Part shown: positions 61,409-64,000 of the stretch, piece by piece
How the letters are laid out: every line of letters begins with the position of its first letter
Position numbering within the stretch: the stretch's first letter is position 1
IMG/VR virus record: IMGVR_UViG_3300043630_000001
Coordinates: 4,599 to 68,598 of that record
Length of the DNA: 64,000 bases
Origin: a virus
Lineage: Duplodnaviria > Caudoviricetes
Reading direction: 5' to 3' (one strand)
Made by a program: the position numbers and the translations under genes
Notes under the pieces: generated by a model
Told to the model about the DNA's origin: nothing
Seen by the model: the letters and a program-made list of their open reading frames with translations, nothing else
Database searches by the model: none

Positions 61409-61683
61409 TTCACTCTCACAATGTAAGCCAGCCAGGTTTGCCAGCCTGGCGTGGTGTTGAGGATATCGTCCAGCCTGTCGAACTCATCTGGCGTGCACTC
61501 AATAAAGCCGCCTTTTAAGACGGCACCTTGCAGGTAAAGAAGGTTGCCAAGTGTTGTGGCACCGTAGTGTTCCGCTATAAGGTCGAACGAATCCGTAACA
61601 GCGCACAACTCGTTGAAAAACTTAATGGCCAGTATATGGCGCTCTTGGGGCAGGTGGGCTGCGGTTTGCTCTGACAGTTTCAC
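61405..61683 (-). CDS. Hypothetical protein
   Basis: Coupled ORF. Confidence 0.55.
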   Translation of the reverse strand: MKLSEQTAAHLPQERHILAIKFFNELCAVTDSFDLIAEHYGATTLGNLLYLQGAVLKGGFIECTPDEFDRLDDILNTTPGWQTWLAYIVRVK

Positions 61684-62141
61684 AGGGAACCTCCAGACTC
61701 CTCAATCACCGCAGTCATTCTGGCGCGCTCACCTTCCAAAAACACAGTGAAGTCCGGAAATTTGGAGACAACTCCAGCACCCGCAAGGTTCAAACTCTTC
61801 AGGGAGAACCTTTCACCCTGCTCTGTCGGGCCATTGCGCCAGCCAGTCATCAGCTCATCCCACGTCAAGTCTTCAGGCCAATACTGGAAGTACGTGCGCA
61901 TCACGGCAAGTTCTGCGCGATTCAGGAAGCAGAAGGTGACGTGTACAGCGTCACCGCGGTCTATTGAGGTGAGCGGGAGCGGAACGGTCCCCCTGTATTC
62001 CAGAATAGCTTTGATGTCATCGTATATACCAGCGTCTGCCAGGTACGCCAATGCCCTGAGAACTTGGGTTTCAGTCATGAGTCTAACGTCCATGTTTTCT
62101 CCGTAAATTTTAATGAGGTGGTCGAAAAGGTCTGCTTGCAC
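61680..62141 (-). CDS. Hypothetical protein
   Basis: Coupled ORF; start uncertain. Confidence 0.5.
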   Translation of the reverse strand: MQADLFDHLIKIYGENMDVRLMTETQVLRALAYLADAGIYDDIKAILEYRGTVPLPLTSIDRGDAVHVTFCFLNRAELAVMRTYFQYWPEDLTWDELMTGWRNGPTEQGERFSLKSLNLAGAGVVSKFPDFTVFLEGERARMTAVIEESGGSL

Positions 62142-62164
62142 GGCTCTGAGTATCTCAGAGTATC

Positions 62165-62569
62165 TCAGAGGGCAGCATCTTCCAGCACCTTTCTGGCTTC
62201 TGCTGACGTAAACCTGAAGGTGCCGATACGCCCATTTGCTGTGGTGGCTGCAATAGCTTTATCGAGCCAGAGATGCCGGAGGCGGTAGTTAGGCAGGTCT
62301 TCTGCTAACAGCCGCCTTTGCTGGTCTTCTGTTAAGTCGTCTTGCAGTTGGTGCACTACTGCAGTCGTCAACCACAAGTAAGTGGCTGTGGACCGCTTGA
62401 TTGCGGCCTCTACCTCGTCTAAGGTAGGCTGGAGGTAGGCAGGCGACTGCATTGCCATCTGCTTGCCACTGATGTGGCTGAGAGCGATGCACAGGCCTCT
62501 GGTAGGCTCTGATACTATCAGCTGCGGACGCATCTCTTCCAGCAGATTTATTGTCATGTAGTAGTTCAT
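62165..62569 (-). CDS. Cys/Arg paralog-family protein
   Basis: GLCIAL...RLRHLWLDKAI. Confidence 0.55.
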   Translation of the reverse strand: MNYYMTINLLEEMRPQLIVSEPTRGLCIALSHISGKQMAMQSPAYLQPTLDEVEAAIKRSTATYLWLTTAVVHQLQDDLTEDQQRRLLAEDLPNYRLRHLWLDKAIAATTANGRIGTFRFTSAEARKVLEDAAL

Positions 62570-62901
62570 GGCTGCTCCAAGTCGTAAATCATTTTGTCAA
62601 TCCACGCAAGTCGGGCTAAGCGTAGCTTGTGGTTGCAATGGTCGTCACTCAGCCATCCAGGCATTTCGTTAGACAGCCAGCCTTGAAGAAAATGACACTG
62701 CTCAAGTTCTTGCTCTATGTAGATAGAGATGGCGTTCGGTACACAAAATTCATGGTTGAAAGCTCTCAGGCTGGCGCAGATGCCGTAAGTTGTATCTTCC
62801 TCAGATACTTGCTGCAGGTCTTCTCTGGCCCGAACAAGTGCATGAATAGCCTTTTCGAGGTTGATGTCTTCGCCCTGAAGAAATTCTTTAATCGTAGGCA
62901 T
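62566..62901 (-). CDS. Cys/Arg paralog-family protein
   Basis: GICASL...LARLAWIDKMI. Confidence 0.6.
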   Translation of the reverse strand: MPTIKEFLQGEDINLEKAIHALVRAREDLQQVSEEDTTYGICASLRAFNHEFCVPNAISIYIEQELEQCHFLQGWLSNEMPGWLSDDHCNHKLRLARLAWIDKMIYDLEQP

Positions 62902-62909
62902 ATTTTTCC

Positions 62910-63272
62910 TTAATCGTTCTGTGCTTTGAAGTACCGAATCACCTCTTGGATTACGCGCAGGCGCAGTTGGTGGGCTGATACAGTCTCGGCGTACGGCTCG
63001 ATGTACTCATGGTTGCTGACAAACCAAGGTTGCGATTCGTTGTAGGCTTCCTCTATGGATAGCCCTTCAAGTCCTGGCTCATTTCTGAGAAGCCAGACCT
63101 GAGACATGAAGTCTTTAGCCTGCTTGGGCAAGGTTTCCCAGGTGTTGGCGTCCTTGATCTGCCAACGATATTCCAGTACGCCCTGCAAGGCGTAGCAGAT
63201 GTACCCGGTGCGGTCCATGTAGTTGAGCACGTGCTCGCCTAATTCAGACGTCTTTACGTTCAAGAGCTCCAT
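62910..63272 (-). CDS. Cys/Arg paralog-family protein
   Basis: YICYAL...QLRLRVIQEVI. Confidence 0.6.
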   Translation of the reverse strand: MELLNVKTSELGEHVLNYMDRTGYICYALQGVLEYRWQIKDANTWETLPKQAKDFMSQVWLLRNEPGLEGLSIEEAYNESQPWFVSNHEYIEPYAETVSAHQLRLRVIQEVIRYFKAQND

Positions 63273-63561
63273 TTTCTTGTTCCTTCAAGTAATTGACAAC
63301 ACAGGTTAAGGCCGCGGCTCTTTCTTGTGTGCTATCGAAAAAGCTCAGACGATTGTTTACGGCGTAGGGCGCTGTGTAGCCAGGGGACTTATGCCGCGTT
63401 CTGTAGGCCCACAGCAGTTCAAGGATATAAGCCTCTTGCGGGCTCAGGTCGGACCAGTTTGGCTTAGACTTAAGTTGCTTGACCTGCTTGAGGACTTCGC
63501 ACACGTATATGTGCCTTGGGAGCAGGTCTAAAATAACTTGGGCAAGTTCGGAAGTCTTCAC
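63244..63561 (-). CDS. Cys/Arg paralog-family protein
   Basis: YVCEVL...QERAAALTCVV. Confidence 0.55.
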   Translation of the reverse strand: MKTSELAQVILDLLPRHIYVCEVLKQVKQLKSKPNWSDLSPQEAYILELLWAYRTRHKSPGYTAPYAVNNRLSFFDSTQERAAALTCVVNYLKEQENGALERKDV

Positions 63562-63563
63562 GG

Positions 63564-64000
63564 TTATTCGTCCTGAAAGGTTTGCAAGGTGGCTTGCAGG
63601 GCTTGCATACGTAGTCTGTGGTCTTGTTTAGACCAAGAGGAGGGGCTAGCAGTAAACCAGACAACGCCTGTGTCGAAGGCTACAGATACAGTTTCAGGGA
63701 AAGGGAAGCCCGGGTCTGCAGGAGGCTTGTGCTTGTACAGTTCAGTCAGCACGTCTTTGGCTGACTGGGGCAGGTCTTGCCATTCAGTGTGGTGGTGAAG
63801 TCCTAGCAGATACTTTATTGTAGGGCATACGTAGCCAAAGCCTTCTTCAAGCTCTTTAATAGCGGCTGCTGTTAGCTGTGCGGCTGCCTGCTTGCGTGCG
63901 GCTGCCTGCTTGCGTGCGGCTGCCTGCTTGCGTGCGGCTACCTGCCTGCTTGCGGCTGCCTGCTTGCGTGCGGCTGCCTGCTTGCGTGCGGCTTCCTTGC
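63564..64000 (-). CDS. Cys/Arg paralog-family protein with N-terminal (ARKQAA)n repeats; 5' end lies outside the window
   Basis: The frame is open from the window edge: KEAARKQAAARKQAA...IKELEEGFGYVCPTI...DHRLRMQALQATL*. Confidence 0.55.
   Translation of the reverse strand, partial: KEAARKQAAARKQAAASRQVAARKQAAARKQAAARKQAAAQLTAAAIKELEEGFGYVCPTIKYLLGLHHHTEWQDLPQSAKDVLTELYKHKPPADPGFPFPETVSVAFDTGVVWFTASPSSWSKQDHRLRMQALQATLQTFQDE
63880..63987 (-). repeat. Six 18-bp tandem repeats (GCGGCTGCCTGCTTGCGT on + strand)
   Basis: Five identical units and one variant (63934-63951), plus a partial unit at the window edge. Confidence 0.95.

Noticed and set aside
1-64000. tRNA, rRNA, integrase, DNA methyltransferase or known base-modification synthase genes
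   Set aside because: None recognised by eye. Intergenic gaps are short and show no cloverleaf pattern. tRNAscan-SE and HMM searches would be needed to exclude them firmly.

Overview
This window is a large part of a tailed dsDNA phage genome with siphovirus-type morphogenesis genes; the host is probably a Betaproteobacterium, possibly Oxalobacteraceae. Two convergent transcription arms meet at a bidirectional terminator (~28718-28750). The + strand arm (219-28719) carries an HNH-AP2 endonuclease, a GpA-type terminase, portal, S49 protease, scaffold, decoration protein, major capsid, neck and tail genes. It continues with a -1 frameshift tail chaperone, a 2607-aa tape measure protein, a very small tail-tip module and an unusually complex lysis region. 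A Hef-like nuclease gene is inserted antisense in the tail module. The - strand arm (28749-64000) carries SbcCD, a resolvase-like nuclease, ATP-dependent ligase, a full Pol I-type polymerase, dNMP kinase, a MazG-like enzyme and a DEDDh exonuclease. It also has a primase-helicase with a mini-intein, an SNF2-like helicase, RdgC and about 35 small early genes. No integrase, tRNA, rRNA, CRISPR array or reverse transcriptase was recognised. Most notable: an unannotated peptide plus 4-TM membrane protein module at the head of the lysis operon; a nested lipoprotein gene; a promoter-in-hairpin switch on the tape measure RBS; a family of about 7 divergent Cys/Arg early paralogs; a 46-unit CXX repeat protein; and several accessory genes broken by single lesions. 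All family assignments come from motif recognition by eye; no database search was run.
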